DNA from: Sphyrna mokarran
Lineage: Eukaryota
Length of the DNA stretch: 64,000 nt
Direction: 5' to 3'
Assembly: GCA_024679065.1 (NCBI GenBank)
Contig: JAGIQG010000009.1
Span: 96,782,001 to 96,846,000 of the forward strand
Shown: piece by piece, positions 1 through 13,300 of the stretch
How positions within the stretch are numbered: position 1 is the first letter of the stretch
Layout of the letters: the number at the start of each line of letters is the position of its first letter
Notes under the pieces: generated by a model
The model's database searches: none
The model's input: the letters and a program-made list of their open reading frames with translations, nothing else
What the model was told of the DNA's origin: nothing
Made by a program: the position numbers and the translations under genes

Positions 1-532
1 TAGATTACAGGTCTGTCACATGCAATTGGGCAGCAATACCTCGAGCCTGCTGGTCGAGTTTAAAATCTGCGTAACTCTGTTATGTGAGAATGAATATTGA
101 AATAGAGCAGTAGCGAACATGAAGTCAAATGGGAAAGTCCTGATAGAGGCACATGGGAGCAAAAGGAAGCAAGTTAGCCCCTCGAGATTCAATGGAATTC
201 AATTCCTACACCGATGAAGAGTATCATATATTTGGAAGAGAATAATTTTACTGTTGGAAGCGTTATAAAATGGGTCTTAGCCAGGCTTTGCCTGCAAGTG
301 ATTTGAACAGCAAGAAAAGCTGGGTGTTGTGTATAGTGGGCATCCAAATGTCTTCCATCTGCTTTGTACCCACCGCCAGTTAAAACATCCCGATCAGAAT
401 GATTCACAAACCCAGAGTTACTCACAAAGAAGTAAATTACGTGTAATACCAAGAATCCTTTTCATCTTCCTTGTTCCAAGTCACCACGTTCTCCTGATCC
501 TTCGGAAACATTAATAGGCATCATGCTATTTT

Positions 533-890
533 TTTCATTCATTCGTGAGATATGGGCTGGCTGGCTGGCATTTATTCCCCATCCCTAGTTGACCGAGGGC
601 AGTTGAGAGTCAACAACATTGCTGTGGCTCTGGACTCACATGTAGGCCAGACCAGGTTAGAATGGCAGATTTCTTTCTTAAAGGACATTAATGAATCAGA
701 TGGTTTTTTCCGACAATCAACAATCCATTCAGTCATGAGCAGATTTTGAATTCCAGTTTTATTTTACATTGGTTCAAATTCAAATTCCACCTTCTGCTGT
801 GGTAGGATTCGAACCCCCAATCTCCATAACAATAGCCGAGCTACATGATTCATAGCTTAGCGATGGAACCATCAGGACATCGCCTCCCCC
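533..890 (-). mobile_element. Second tRNA-derived SINE family (SacSINE1/Deu-SINE-like); other copies at about 15705-16230(-), 19490-19780(+), 22945-23172(-), 42690-42990(-), 54122-54425(+)
   Basis: B-box-like ggttcgaatcc head and recurrent core catctggttcactaatgtcctttagggaaggaaatctg. The family name is from recollection only. Confidence 0.6.
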
Positions 891-1296
891 TGTCATTACT
901 TTTATTACGAGGAAGAATGTTTCCCCAAGTCCCTAATCCGCAAACTCTTTGGTCCGTAACTAATTCAGTCTCGTTCTTTGAATAAAGTTGTTAAAACACA
1001 CAAAGCTTTGCGGTTCCGCAATTTTGCAAATACCCCTAATGGTATGCATTTCCTACTCACTTTCTTTGAAACTATAGTTCAAAAACCGGCCAGCTTGAGA
1101 CCCTGAAAACCTCAAAGCAGTGGAAACACGAACTAAGCCTGAGAGAAAAGTAATCTTCATCTGATATTTTCCATTGCGTCACATCCAGTCGGTTTCATTG
1201 ACATAAGTATCTATTTAAAAAAAAATGAGCTGTGACCTTTACCTCAGTCCCACAATAAACTGTGAATAATTTCGTTTCATTCAAGCAGTAGCTAGC

Positions 1297-1339
1297 ATGG
1301 TTTCTAGTTTCGAGTTCTGCATCCTGGTCCTTGGAATGG
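1297..1339 (+). CDS. Gene A exon 1, signal peptide MVSSFEFCILVLGM
   Basis: ATG, 14 mostly hydrophobic codons, then G|gtaagt (phase 1). Same 43-nt length as the gene B leader. Confidence 0.8.
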
Positions 1340-4300
1340 GTAAGTACTTTCTGAATTCACATTTTGGTATAAAGCTGAACATATCACGCTTTAACATGTT
1401 ATCACATTGGCACAGAATAATCCATGCTCCCCAGGCGGTTTATTCCAGGCAGGATTGTCCCTTCTTCAGTTACCTTCTTTTATTTCATTCAATGTGGATG
1501 GGGCAGCAATACACAAGCTCCCCTTATTACCCTGTAAGTACAAGTGTTCAGAGCTCGGCTGGAATGGTCTCCTCTTGAGTTCCAAGCTGGCGTCCCCCCA
1601 CCCCATCACTCCAATAGATCTAATCTGACATGATGGGATATTGACTACGCAACAACTTCCGAGACCGATTGAACTTCGTTGGCATCAGTCCATCTATCTA
1701 TGCCAGCAAAGGCTTTTTAAAAAGTTGTTTCACCAAATGTGGGCAATATGTTGTCCAGCTGCAGTCTCATGTATGATACATTAAACCAGGGAGAGGGTTC
1801 TCAACCACAGTCAATAGAAGCTTCACAGCCACCTTTACTGAGAGCATCCATCTGAACTCATTTATCCAGCATCCCAGTTTGGGCCTCTGGATTACCAGAC
1901 TGGTAGCATTACCATTGCGCCGCCGTCTCCCTTAAATGATATTATGGATATTTGGTGCTGTGATAGATAACTATCACCAATTGAATCCCACTCTTAACTA
2001 GATTCTGTAAATAGTGGATGAGAAACAGACTACGGGATTTGTCAGAAAAATATGAAACATCAACACTCATACTTTCCCTATTCATATTAAATAGAATCAT
2101 TGAACTGTAGAATCCTTACAGTGCCGAAGGAGGTCATTTGGTCCATCAAGTCTGCACCGACCACAATCCCATCCAGGCTATATTTCCGTAACCCCACATA
2201 CTTCCCCTACCAATCCTCCTGAGACTAGGGTCAATTAAGCAATATATTAACATATCGAAGCTGATTGCGCCTAAACCTTGAAGAAATAATAAGGTAATCA
2301 TAACGTTTTGCGAAAATTTAAACGGGCGTTTGACGGGTCTCCCGTGAGACACACTGTCCGAATTTCCTCTCCTTAATTTGAACACACACAGCAAATAAAA
2401 CATGGGGAGCGGGATATCTGGACTATTGCAAAAAATTAAAATTATCCCCAGGACAGTTTAATACCAACGCAAATTTTATAACCAATTGGTAAAAGTAAGA
2501 TCAGAAAAGCACAGAATAACTGTGGCTCATTTCATGCAGTCCTTTAACTTTGTGATTGAACATTTTAACTACAATTATGTTTCAGAGCTTTCACCTTGCT
2601 TTATTTATATTAATGGGTCGCACTTGTTACTGTGTTCTGAAGAAGTCATATATAAACGCGGTGCAGCATATATGCATTTAAAGGGGTGTTGAAATACCCA
2701 AATTACGCATTTATTGCTACAAGTCTAAATATATCATCATTTGGAGTTCAAAATGTGGCTTTGTTTTAAATTAAGCTTATTTATTAGTGTCAAAAGTAGA
2801 CTTATATTAACACCACCATGAAGTACTGTGAAAATCCCCTAGTCATCCCAGCGCCTATTCGGATACATTGAGGAGATTTAGCACGGCCAATTCAACTAAC
2901 CAGCATGTCTTTCTGACCGTGAGAGGAAATTGGAGCATCCAGAGGAAACCCACACAAACACAGTGAGAATGTGCAAACTCCACACAGACAGTGACCCAAG
3001 CTGGGAATCAAACCCTGGCCTCTTACGCTGTGAGAGCACCAGGTTCAGTGCTAACCACTGTTGCACCGTGAGTCCCTTTGTCTCAATGTTGTTACAGAAA
3101 GATTGCATCATGTACTACATATTTCTTTAAATTAGTTACCCGATGTTTAATATAATCTGGTGACCTTAAAGATTCATAATTTGTATGTAAACCAACTCAT
3201 TTGCTACTTTCTTTTATTTTATTTAAGTCGCAAGTAACACTGCAATGAAATTATTATGAAATTCCCCTCGTCACCGCACTCAGGTACCTGTTCGGGTCAA
3301 TGCACCTAACCAGCACGTTTTTCAGTCTGTGGAAGGAAGCCGGAGCACCCGGAGGAAACCCACACAGGCACGGGGAGAATGTGCAAACTCCACAAAGACA
3401 GTGACCCAAGCCAGGGTTTGAACCCTGGCTCTGTGAGGCAGCAGTGCTAATCACTGTGCCATCGTGTCGCCCTCAGAGGATTGTAGATTGTGGAACTCGC
3501 TGTCCCAAAGTGCAGTAGAAGCAGAATTAATCAATAGATTCAAGAAAGTAGTACCATTGAACCGTAGAATCCCTGCAGTACATAAGGAGGCCATTCGACC
3601 CATCGAGTCTTTACCGACCACCATCGCACCCAGACCATATTTTTGTAATCCAACAACTTTATCTTGCTAACCCCTGACACGAACGTCAGATTAACATTGT
3701 CAATCAACCTAATCCGCGCATCCTTAGACTTGGGGGGGAATCCACACAGACATGGGGAAGAGGGCAAACTCCCGAAGCCCAAATTGGACCTGAGTCTTTA
3801 GCGCTCTGAGGCAGCAGCTCTAACCTCTGTGTAGTCATGTTTCTGATTAAAAGCGGGATAAAGGGCTATGGGGAGCTGACAGGGAAATGAGGTTGAGACC
3901 AGGGTCAGATCAACTATGAAGATGTTAAATAGTGGAACGGGTTTGAAGAGTTGAATTGCCTTCTCCCGCTCTTAATTCCTATGAATGGTAAACCTTCGAC
4001 AAAATAATCACCGATTTCACTTTTACTCTTCAAGAAGTTAGAGTTGCTGAATGCCATGCGAACTTCGCTATTGCAATCGACGGGCTATCATTTAATTTTA
4101 GCCTCTCAACCCCTGTCGAAGGAAAGACGCGAATTTAATAGGCTCACATAAGGATTGTGTCGTTGGGGATGTTTAATTTAGGAGCGGGATTGCGAACATC
4201 TTTGAAGACAGCGTGGGATTCTGGTTTAATTGTCTCATTTACTCTCTTACAGCAGCGAGTGCTAAGAATGTCACTGTTATTCAGAGCCCAACGTCCCTTA

Positions 4301-7300
4301 ATGTAACCGAGGGGGAGACAGCGGTGCTATACTGCACGCTGGAAGGATTACGTGGAGTCGGTGTCTACACGTGGCACAGGGACAGTAAAAATGGAAATGA
4401 GCTCTCTAACAGTACACCAGAATACAGTGGCCGGGCCATTGGACCAAATATAGAGGAATCGGGCGGAAAGAGGATTGCTTCGGTTCAATTAATAAACGTG
4501 ACATTGAGCGATGCGGCGACCTATTATTGCAAAGTGGGATTTATAATAGGGGTTGGATATTATGGGACAGGAACAACGCTTATTGTGACAGGTAAGCGAC
4601 TTACCTATTTTAATCATTAGAAAATAAACGGCAAGAAAGATTTCAATGGTATGGACAGGCAAGTAAATATGTATTCACAGTGGACCTGGTTTTCCAATGG
4701 TTCAACATGTGAGGTTATGTTCATTGGAACAGCAGAGAGAATAGGTAAGAAGCAGGAGGAGGAAGGATCTTGAGGCCACTAGAGTTTACTCTAGCACTGA
4801 TTAAAAGCATGGCTGAACTGTTACATCAACCGCAAATACCCGCATTATCACCCTGCATGTTGGTGATCAGATATCTTTTGATTAATCGATTTAGTTTGGT
4901 TTATTGTCACACACGCGGGGAAAATTCTTGTGTCTTGCGCGCGACACGGGCAAAACACAAACGAGAGAAGGAAAAGGATAGGGTGCAGAATGCAGTGATT
5001 GGTAAGTGAATAGAAAGATCAGCTTAAAAATGCGAAAGCTTACATTTGGGCAGTTTGGTAACACAGCGGTTAGCACTGCTGCTTCACGGCTCCAGGGACC
5101 TGGGTTTGATATCCAGCTTGGGTCACTGTCTGAGTGGAGTTTCCACATTCTCCCCGTGTTTGCGTGAGTTTCCTCCGGGTCCTCCGATTTCCTCCCGCAG
5201 TTCAAAGATATGCAGGTTAGGCACATTGACCATGCTAGATTGCCCCGTAATGTCCCTACAAGCTGAGGTTAGTGGAGTAAATTTATGGTGTTAAGGGGAT
5301 AGGGCCTGGTTTGAACTATTTTCAGTGTGGGCTTAAATGGTCTTCTTCTGCACTGTAGGTATTCTATGATTCTATACGATAAGACAATTCAAAAGTCTGA
5401 TGTCCTTAAGTTGATTAGTGCACGATTTCAGACTTTTGTATATTTCTCCCGATGGAAGAAGGTGGAAGAGCGAATGTCAGGGGTGTGTGGGGTCCTTAAC
5501 TATGACGGCTGTTTTTTCAAGGCAGCAGAAGTGTAGACCGAGTCAATGGATGGGAGACTGGTTTGTGTAATACGCTTTGTAGATTCTTTGGTCTTGGTCC
5601 CACTCAACAATTCAGCATCCACAAATTTCTCAGAGGTGGAAAATTTCAAAATTACTCAACTTTGTGGACGAGAAAGATCCTTCCACCCCCGTCAGGAGTC
5701 ACTGGCTTATCCTGTGACACCTAGTTCCAAACTCTTGACTGCTGCAAGCACCGCTCAGCACGGACACCACCAAACCCACAGTTTTGCCTCTGTTTCATCT
5801 AAACTTTATGGAAGGGATTCTTTTTCCACTCAATCTCATCTTTTATTCCAAGCATTAATCTGGCTAGCAGAAATTTCCAGTTTTGGTTTAGTCTCTGTTG
5901 GCTTGGCCTTGGATGATCATTGTTGGATTAAACACGGTTGATATTGAAATCAAAGGATAAATTTCACCCTTATGAATTCTCTGGCCTCCCAGCCCAATGT
6001 TTCCCATGACGGGAGATAGCACATTGTTTGCCACGGCGGGATTATTTGGTACCGTTGTTGTCAATGAGAATTCCCATTGTTGTCACTCCATGCCAGCGGA
6101 AAACCCGGCTGTTTGTAGGAAACTGATTGGAAATAATCAGATTTCTCTTTTAGGGCGATTAGTATCCTCAATGAGAGATACCACGGTTCCCCACATCATC
6201 AGACCCATTCCCACAGGCTAACCGGGCAGTGAATCATTCTCTATATTGAAGGTTCTTCCACATGAAAATCAGTCCAAATCAGTTTCTTACCAAGGCTGAG
6301 TTAGTTTCTGCCTCCTCACTCAGTCCAGGGTGTCTGACCAGGGCTGTGTTGCCAGCTGGAACGGAGAATCTCGCCAGTGTAAACAGCCGGAGAGTTCCAA
6401 CCCATGGTATCAGTTGGTAGGTGTGGGGATAAAGTCATTGGCAACACTGAATTGATTGATCTGAAAATACTGCTTCTACTCTCCCGGGGAAATAGAAGTT
6501 TGCCCACTTTAGGAAGTTCCTAACTGAATCAGTCAATTGATTTCCAATTGTGATATTGCTATATAAGCAAACTCGGCAACAACTGTGTACAATCAACACA
6601 CTCAAACAGCAAAAGGAACAAGTAGTTAAATTCTTGTACTAATTCAATTGAGGGACAAACATTGATCAGAAAAACTGATGAATTCCCACTGCTCTCCCGA
6701 TCGCCTGATGAGGTATTTGAACCCATCTGAACAAGCAAATGGAAACCTTTCGGTTAACATTACATCTCTACCATGCTAAAGATTTGGTAAGGGAATTTTT
6801 CCAGAAGGCAAAAGGTAAGTATTGGAGGAGTGTATAACGTTCTGCCTCTAAATTAGAAGCTTATTGTTCACATCCCATACCAGGAGATGGTGGCCAAAGA
6901 TAGTTGTTCATTATACAGCTAAATGGGTTGAGTGTCAATTCCTTCGCTAAGAACCGGGAAGACCCCTGGTAACCTGTGCTTGATGCCCCTTAAGATATGA
7001 GTTTCTGGCAACAGCTTAGAGAACTGTTCCAGCAAGAGTAAGCTATGGAAACAGGTGGAATCTACCTTAGAATAACACGAGGTGAGGGAAGAGAATGGGG
7101 AAGGTGGGGGAATGGGAAAACAGAAATCTAATATTTCTCACTGCTCTGTGCGGCCTCACTTTGGAAAATTTATTGCTCTGAGCCAATCTGATGAATTATT
7201 TCAGAATGCCCACTCTCTTGCTTTCTTGGAGTGATATGTGATTGAACTAGAAAAAGTGCAGAGGAGATTCACCAGGATGTTGGAGCGTTTGAGCTATGAA

Positions 7301-10300
7301 GAGAGGTTGGTCTGCCTGGGGTTCTCACTAGAACAGAGAAGGCTGAGAAGGCCCTGTTTGATTGTGTGCAGAATTATGAGAGACATAGAAAGGGTAAATA
7401 GAAAGAAGCATTAGTAGAGGGGTTAAAGACTGGGGAATGGGGGGGGGGTGGAGGAGCATAGATTTAAGGTAAGGGGCAAAAAACTGTAGAGGCGATTTAA
7501 GAAAAAAAAAGACATTTTCACCCAGAGTGTCGTGGGAATCTGTCTGAAAAGATGGTGGGGCAGAAAGCCTCACAGCATTTCAAAAACATTCAAATTAGCA
7601 CTTGAAACTCCATGGCATGCAAGGTTACAGCCCAAATGTTAGAAAATGGGATGAGGATAAATAGGTGTTTGTTAGCTGACTCAAACAATGGATTCAAGGG
7701 CTTCTTTCTGAGCTATAACACTGTATGACAATGCCGATGATCCAGTATCATAGAATAACAGAATCGTAGGTTCTGACCAGGTACAGGAAGCCCTTCGGAT
7801 CATCAAGTCCCCACCAGCGTATTAGTAACATCTGAATCCCATCTGCCAGCACTTGGCTCAAAGCCCTCAATGTCATGGCGTACCAAGTGCTCATCCAGGT
7901 ACTTCTTGAAGGATGTGAGACATCTATGCTCGTCATCAGCCCGTCATCATTCTTGAGTAAAGGAGCTTACCCTCATATCCACCCTAAGCCTTCTGCCTCT
8001 CACCTTCAACCTATGCAACCTTGTGACCTACACTTCAACTAAGGGGAACAGCTTCTCCTTATCTGCTCTGTCCCTCATAATTTAGTACACCTCAATCAGA
8101 TCACCCCTCAGTTTTCTCTACTCCAATACAAACAACCCAAGCCTATCCAACCTCTCTTTATAGCTAAAATATTCCATTCCAGGCAGCATCCTGGTGAATC
8201 TCCTCTGCACCCCCTCCAGTAAAATTACATCCTTAGCCTCAAGGACCGTTACAATGAATTCTATTCAAGTGTGTGTCTTTTTCCTTTGGTGTCTTGCCTG
8301 GTAAAGGTTGATGCAATCCATCCAGTTATTGCGGAAGAGGGAAGAAAGTAAAATAAATGACATTTGTTTTCTTACAACAGCCAAGAAGGAGAGTGAAGGG
8401 CAACTGTCGGCTCATGTCACCAATCCATATACTGTCCTGCTTATCTTAGCGATCTTGTTTGTGCTGGTCCTATTCTCAGCGACAATCACTGTCATTTTCA
8501 ACCGAAACAAAAGAAAAGGTGTGCATTGTTTCTATATTTAATCACAATTCTTTCACGCTGCTAACATAGCAGCAGCATTTTTATTGAACGGTACTCGAAC
8601 TATAAATCAATTGTATTTTTTAGAATATTCCACTCTGCTAAGGTGCAAGCTCAATAATTACAAATTGTAAAATTGAAGAAATCTGTTTCCATTTACCAGC
8701 ACGTGTTTTTAGTTTGAACTGATGATCACATTTATCGCTCCCAATTTTTCTATGTCTTCAGATAGGGAAATAAGCATATTCAAGATATAAGTTTAAAGTG
8801 TCACAAGTAGGCTTTACAGTAACACTGCAGTTAAGTTAATGTGAAAATCCCCTAGTTGCCACACTCCAGTGTCTGTTCGGGTATACTGAGGCAGAATTTA
8901 GCATGACCAATGTGCCTAACCAGCACATCTTTCAAACTGTATGGAAGAAACCAGAGCATCTGGAAGAAACCCACATCATGATGGGGAGAATGTGCAGGCT
9001 CCATACAGACAGTGACCCAAGCTGGGAACCGAACCAGATCCCTGGCACTGTGAGGCAACAATGCTAACCACTTTACACAAAGGACAGCTGGATTTTCTGG
9101 TCCTTAACACCTTGAAAACAAGAGTTCCTGCCCAAGGTCAACAAACCCATCAATGGTCGGCCAAAGTTTCCATCAGAAGATTCTACCATAATCTCCACAT
9201 TCCAAGTTTAAATCTAGTAATTAAATAAAATGATGAATTTCATCTTTCTTTTATATGCATGACTGTTTCTTGTTATAATGAAAATATAAACATGCCAATG
9301 GTTGCAATTTCATTGCAATCGATTATCTTGCTTAATCATCACTAGCAGTATTGTGTCAATACATTCGCCCAGTCATTCTAATGAACAGTTAATCAATAAA
9401 AGATTGATGCTTCAAATCTGGTAAGGAAGGAAAGGGGAGGTAAATGAATCAAGCATGGGGTTTTGGAAAGAAAATCCCCCTGTTGAAAAACTGGGAAAAA
9501 ACCAAAGGTTACTATACTAATGTTAAAGAGATTCTATCACTCCAAAGCTCTGGGTTCAGGTGGGCTGATTTTATGTAACAGTGGACATACGGATTGGAAG
9601 TTTCCTATCTCGCCTGCCTGCTTTGGGAATCGTAGCATTCAAATGTCTGTTGACCTCAGGTGGGATGTTTCGGTTTGGGGTGAGTATGGAGGAAAATCCC
9701 TTCAGTGGTTTTATCCATCATACGTCGAAATATTACCTCTGCATATATTTCCTGTTAAAAAAAGACATACGTTCAATACGTTTGAATTGTTTTGTCAAAC
9801 TTTATGCCAACTATTTCGAATTATAAACGTAAGTGTTTAGTGACAACTGAGTTACCACATTTCAGTAAAAGATTTTTACCTGTGATGTTTGACAAAACTT
9901 TGGGCAGAATTCTCTGACTCCGTTCATCTGAAAACCAGAGATTCCCGTTCGACTTCAATGAGCTGCCCCTGGAATTCTAGCTGCCACTAGAATTCCAATG
10001 GGGACAGAATGGGAGAAATCCAACCCAGATGAAACACAGTCAATAACAGGGGAGGGCATGTAAGGTCCAGGCTGTGGTTACTGGTGATTAACATTTATAA
10101 ATGTCTACTTTTCTTCCCTACACATCTTACAGTGAGACATGATGGAAGACCACCAACCAGAAATGCCAACCAGGTATCTTGCGATTCAACATGATAACGC
10201 ATTGGCCAATCTCATTAAGCACAGCATTTCAGGTTGATCATCTGATCATTTGATATAATCCTCAAAATATAACAGCTTATCCAGAAGTGGATGTAATTAA

Positions 10301-13300
10301 CACTGATATCGATTTATTATGTATATAGCATATACAGGCGTTCTAGAATATCCTTTGTATAATTCCTACTAGCTGACCAGCATGGTTTTCCAGAACAAAA
10401 ATCAGCTTTACTGAAGTTAATTATAACCCTTCAAATTATCAAGTTTCCTTTGCAGCCAGCAACAGGTTTTGGATTGGTTAACTCCCACACGAGCTGCATG
10501 GCAGAAATAGAACATAGAACATAGAACATTACAGCGCAGAACAGACCCTTCGGCCTTCGATGTTGCGCCGACCAATTAGGAACAAGCAGTGACCCTCTAA
10601 CCTAAACCATTCCCCTTTCATCCATAAACTTATCTACTAACCTCTTAAACGCCACCAAACTTGGCGCATCTACAACTGACGCAGGCAAGGCATTCCATAC
10701 CCTTACCACCCTCTGGGTAAAGAACCTACCTCTGACATCTGTCCTAAAACCACCACCCCTTAATTTAAAGCTATGTCCCCTCGTGCTAGCTTTCTCCATC
10801 CTAGGAAAAAGGCTATCACTGTCCACCCTATCTAAACCTCTAATCATCTTATATGTTTCAATAAGGTCTCCTCTTAGCCGCCTTCTTTCTAACGAAAACA
10901 ACCTCAAATCCCTCAGCCTCTCTTCATAAGACCTGCCTTCCATACCAGGCAACATCCTGGTAAACCTCCTCTGTACCCTCTCCAACGCCTCCACATCTTT
11001 CTTATAATGTGGGGACCAGAACTGCACACAATACTCCAAGTGCGGCCGCACTAGAGTTTTGTACAGTTGCAACATGACGTTGCGGCTCCGAAATTCAATC
11101 CCCCTACCAATAAAAGCTAAGACTCCATATGCCTTCTTAACAACCTTATCGACTTGATTGCCAACTTTCAGGGATCTATGCACATATACACCAAGATCCC
11201 TCTGTTCATCAACACTATTAAGAGTCCTACCATTAGCCCTATACTCTACACATTTGTTATTCCTGCCAAAGTGAATTACCTCACACTTTTCCACATTAAA
11301 CTCCATTTGCCACCTCTCGGCCCAGCTCTGCAACTTGTCCAAGTCTCTCTGCAAACTATAACACCCCTCTTCACTATCTACCACTCCTCCGACTTTGGTG
11401 TCATCCGCAAATTTACTAATCCATCCTTCAATACCCTCATCCAGATCATTTATAAAAATTACAAACAGCAGGGGCCCCAAAACAGATCCCTGAGGTACAC
11501 CACTTGTAACCGAACTCCATGATGAATAATTTCCATCAACCACCACCCTCTGTCTTCTATCAGCTAGCCAATTCCTAATCCAATAGCTAAATCACCCTCA
11601 ATCCCATACATCTGCATTTTCTGCAGAAGCCTTCCATGGGGCACCTTATCGAACGCCTTACTAAAGTCCATATATACCACATCAACTGCCTTATCCCCAT
11701 CCACCTCTTTGGTCACTTTTTCAAAAAACTCAATAAGGTTAGTAAGGCACGACCTACCCTTCACAAAACCATGCTGACTATCCCCAATCAATTCATTTCT
11801 CTCTAAATAACTATAAATCCTATCCCTAATAATTCTCTCCAATACCTTGCCCACAACAGAAATGGTTAATAATTGTTGCTTTGAGGGTTAATCCGTTGCA
11901 TTAAGTTCAGTTCTTTTAAGCATCTTTTAGAAGGCAGTTATAGTGTACAGGTGGGTCTGGATAAACCTTTTAGAATTGAGGTGAGGATAAATTTCATCAC
12001 CCAGAGGGTGGTGACTGTGTGGAATTCACTGCCATAGAATGCAGTTGAGGCCAAAACATTGTCTGATTTCCAGTAGAGATTGGATATAGCTCTTGGGGCT
12101 AAAAGGGTCAAAAGATATGGGAAGAAGGGGGGATCAGAATATTGAATTTGATGGTCAGCCATAATAATAATGAATCCGGAGCAGGCTTGAAGAGCAGAAT
12201 GCCTGTTTCTATATTTCCATTTTCCTACGTCTATGTTTCACCTAATGAATTGCATTCCTTACCACTAAACTGCTTTTTCAGTCAATTCTGCTAATTAATT
12301 TCTTTATCAATAACGTTACTCTTGTTATACATATACGTCATTTGAACAATGTAAGGATTAAGAAGCCGTTGTATTTAAAAAACAATCAGTACAAATAAAA
12401 AGCAACTCATATGCTAGAAACAGAAATTAAAATTGTAAGTTTGACTTTTCTGTCTTTTTTTCCATGATTGCGCTTGTTATTAAACGTATCGTCTTAAAAG
12501 CTACGAACCAGTGCAAAATAGCATGCCCCACATCAAGTTTTCCCTTTACGACAATTATAATTTTAACCTAGAACCGCCAGTGCTTTGGTTAAGATATTCA
12601 GTGATCATTATTATTGTATTGATGTCTTCTCTGCTTCTCAGTTTCTCTGCTTCTCGTGGGCTGCATAGTGGCACAGCGGTTAGTACTGTTGCCTGACAGC
12701 GCCGGGGACCTAGGTTCAATTCCGGCCTCAGACCAGTGTGTGGAGTTTGCATATTCTCCCCGCGTCTGCGTGACTTCTCTCCGGATGCTCCAGTTTCCTT
12801 CCACATCCAGAGATGTATGAGTTAGGTTGATTGGCTATGCTAAATTGACAGTAGTGCCATAGGATTAGCAGAGTAAATATGTCGGGTTACAGGAATGGGG
12901 CCTGGTTGGGATTGTGGTCAGTGCACACTCAATGGGCTGAATGGCCTCCTTCTGCACTGTAGGGATTCTATGATGCAAGGTTAGCATTGCTAACACTATA
13001 AAGAAAATTAAGTGTACGATTACAGGGCAGATTTAAAACCAGTCTGATTGAGCCTTTATGTAGTAAATGCAATTTTCCTTCATTTCGAGACTGATATATC
13101 AATTTCTTTTTAACATTAACCACTGCAGCTTATTTTGATAATATGTAGCTTCTAATAGCAATCCAAGTCATCGATTTCTTTCTTTGTTTCTGTCTTCTAA
13201 GTTAGTTATGGCTTTCGAGTTATCCTCTGTAGCTTGGATTAGTGTTAAATCATTGAACTAGAGCTTCTAGAAAAAGCGTGGTGAGGTTCTAATGTAACTG

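Noticed and set aside
436-1250. Possible divergent minus-strand transcript (donor near 1241, acceptor near 498)
   Set aside because: Only splice-like motifs and a 20-codon frame with no recognisable homology.
1270-1278. ISRE-like TTTCGTTTC near the gene A start
   Set aside because: Short motif, probably within the 5'UTR and frequent by chance.
12658-12735. tRNA genes
   Set aside because: The A/B-box-like sequences are SINE heads; no cloverleaf or terminator.
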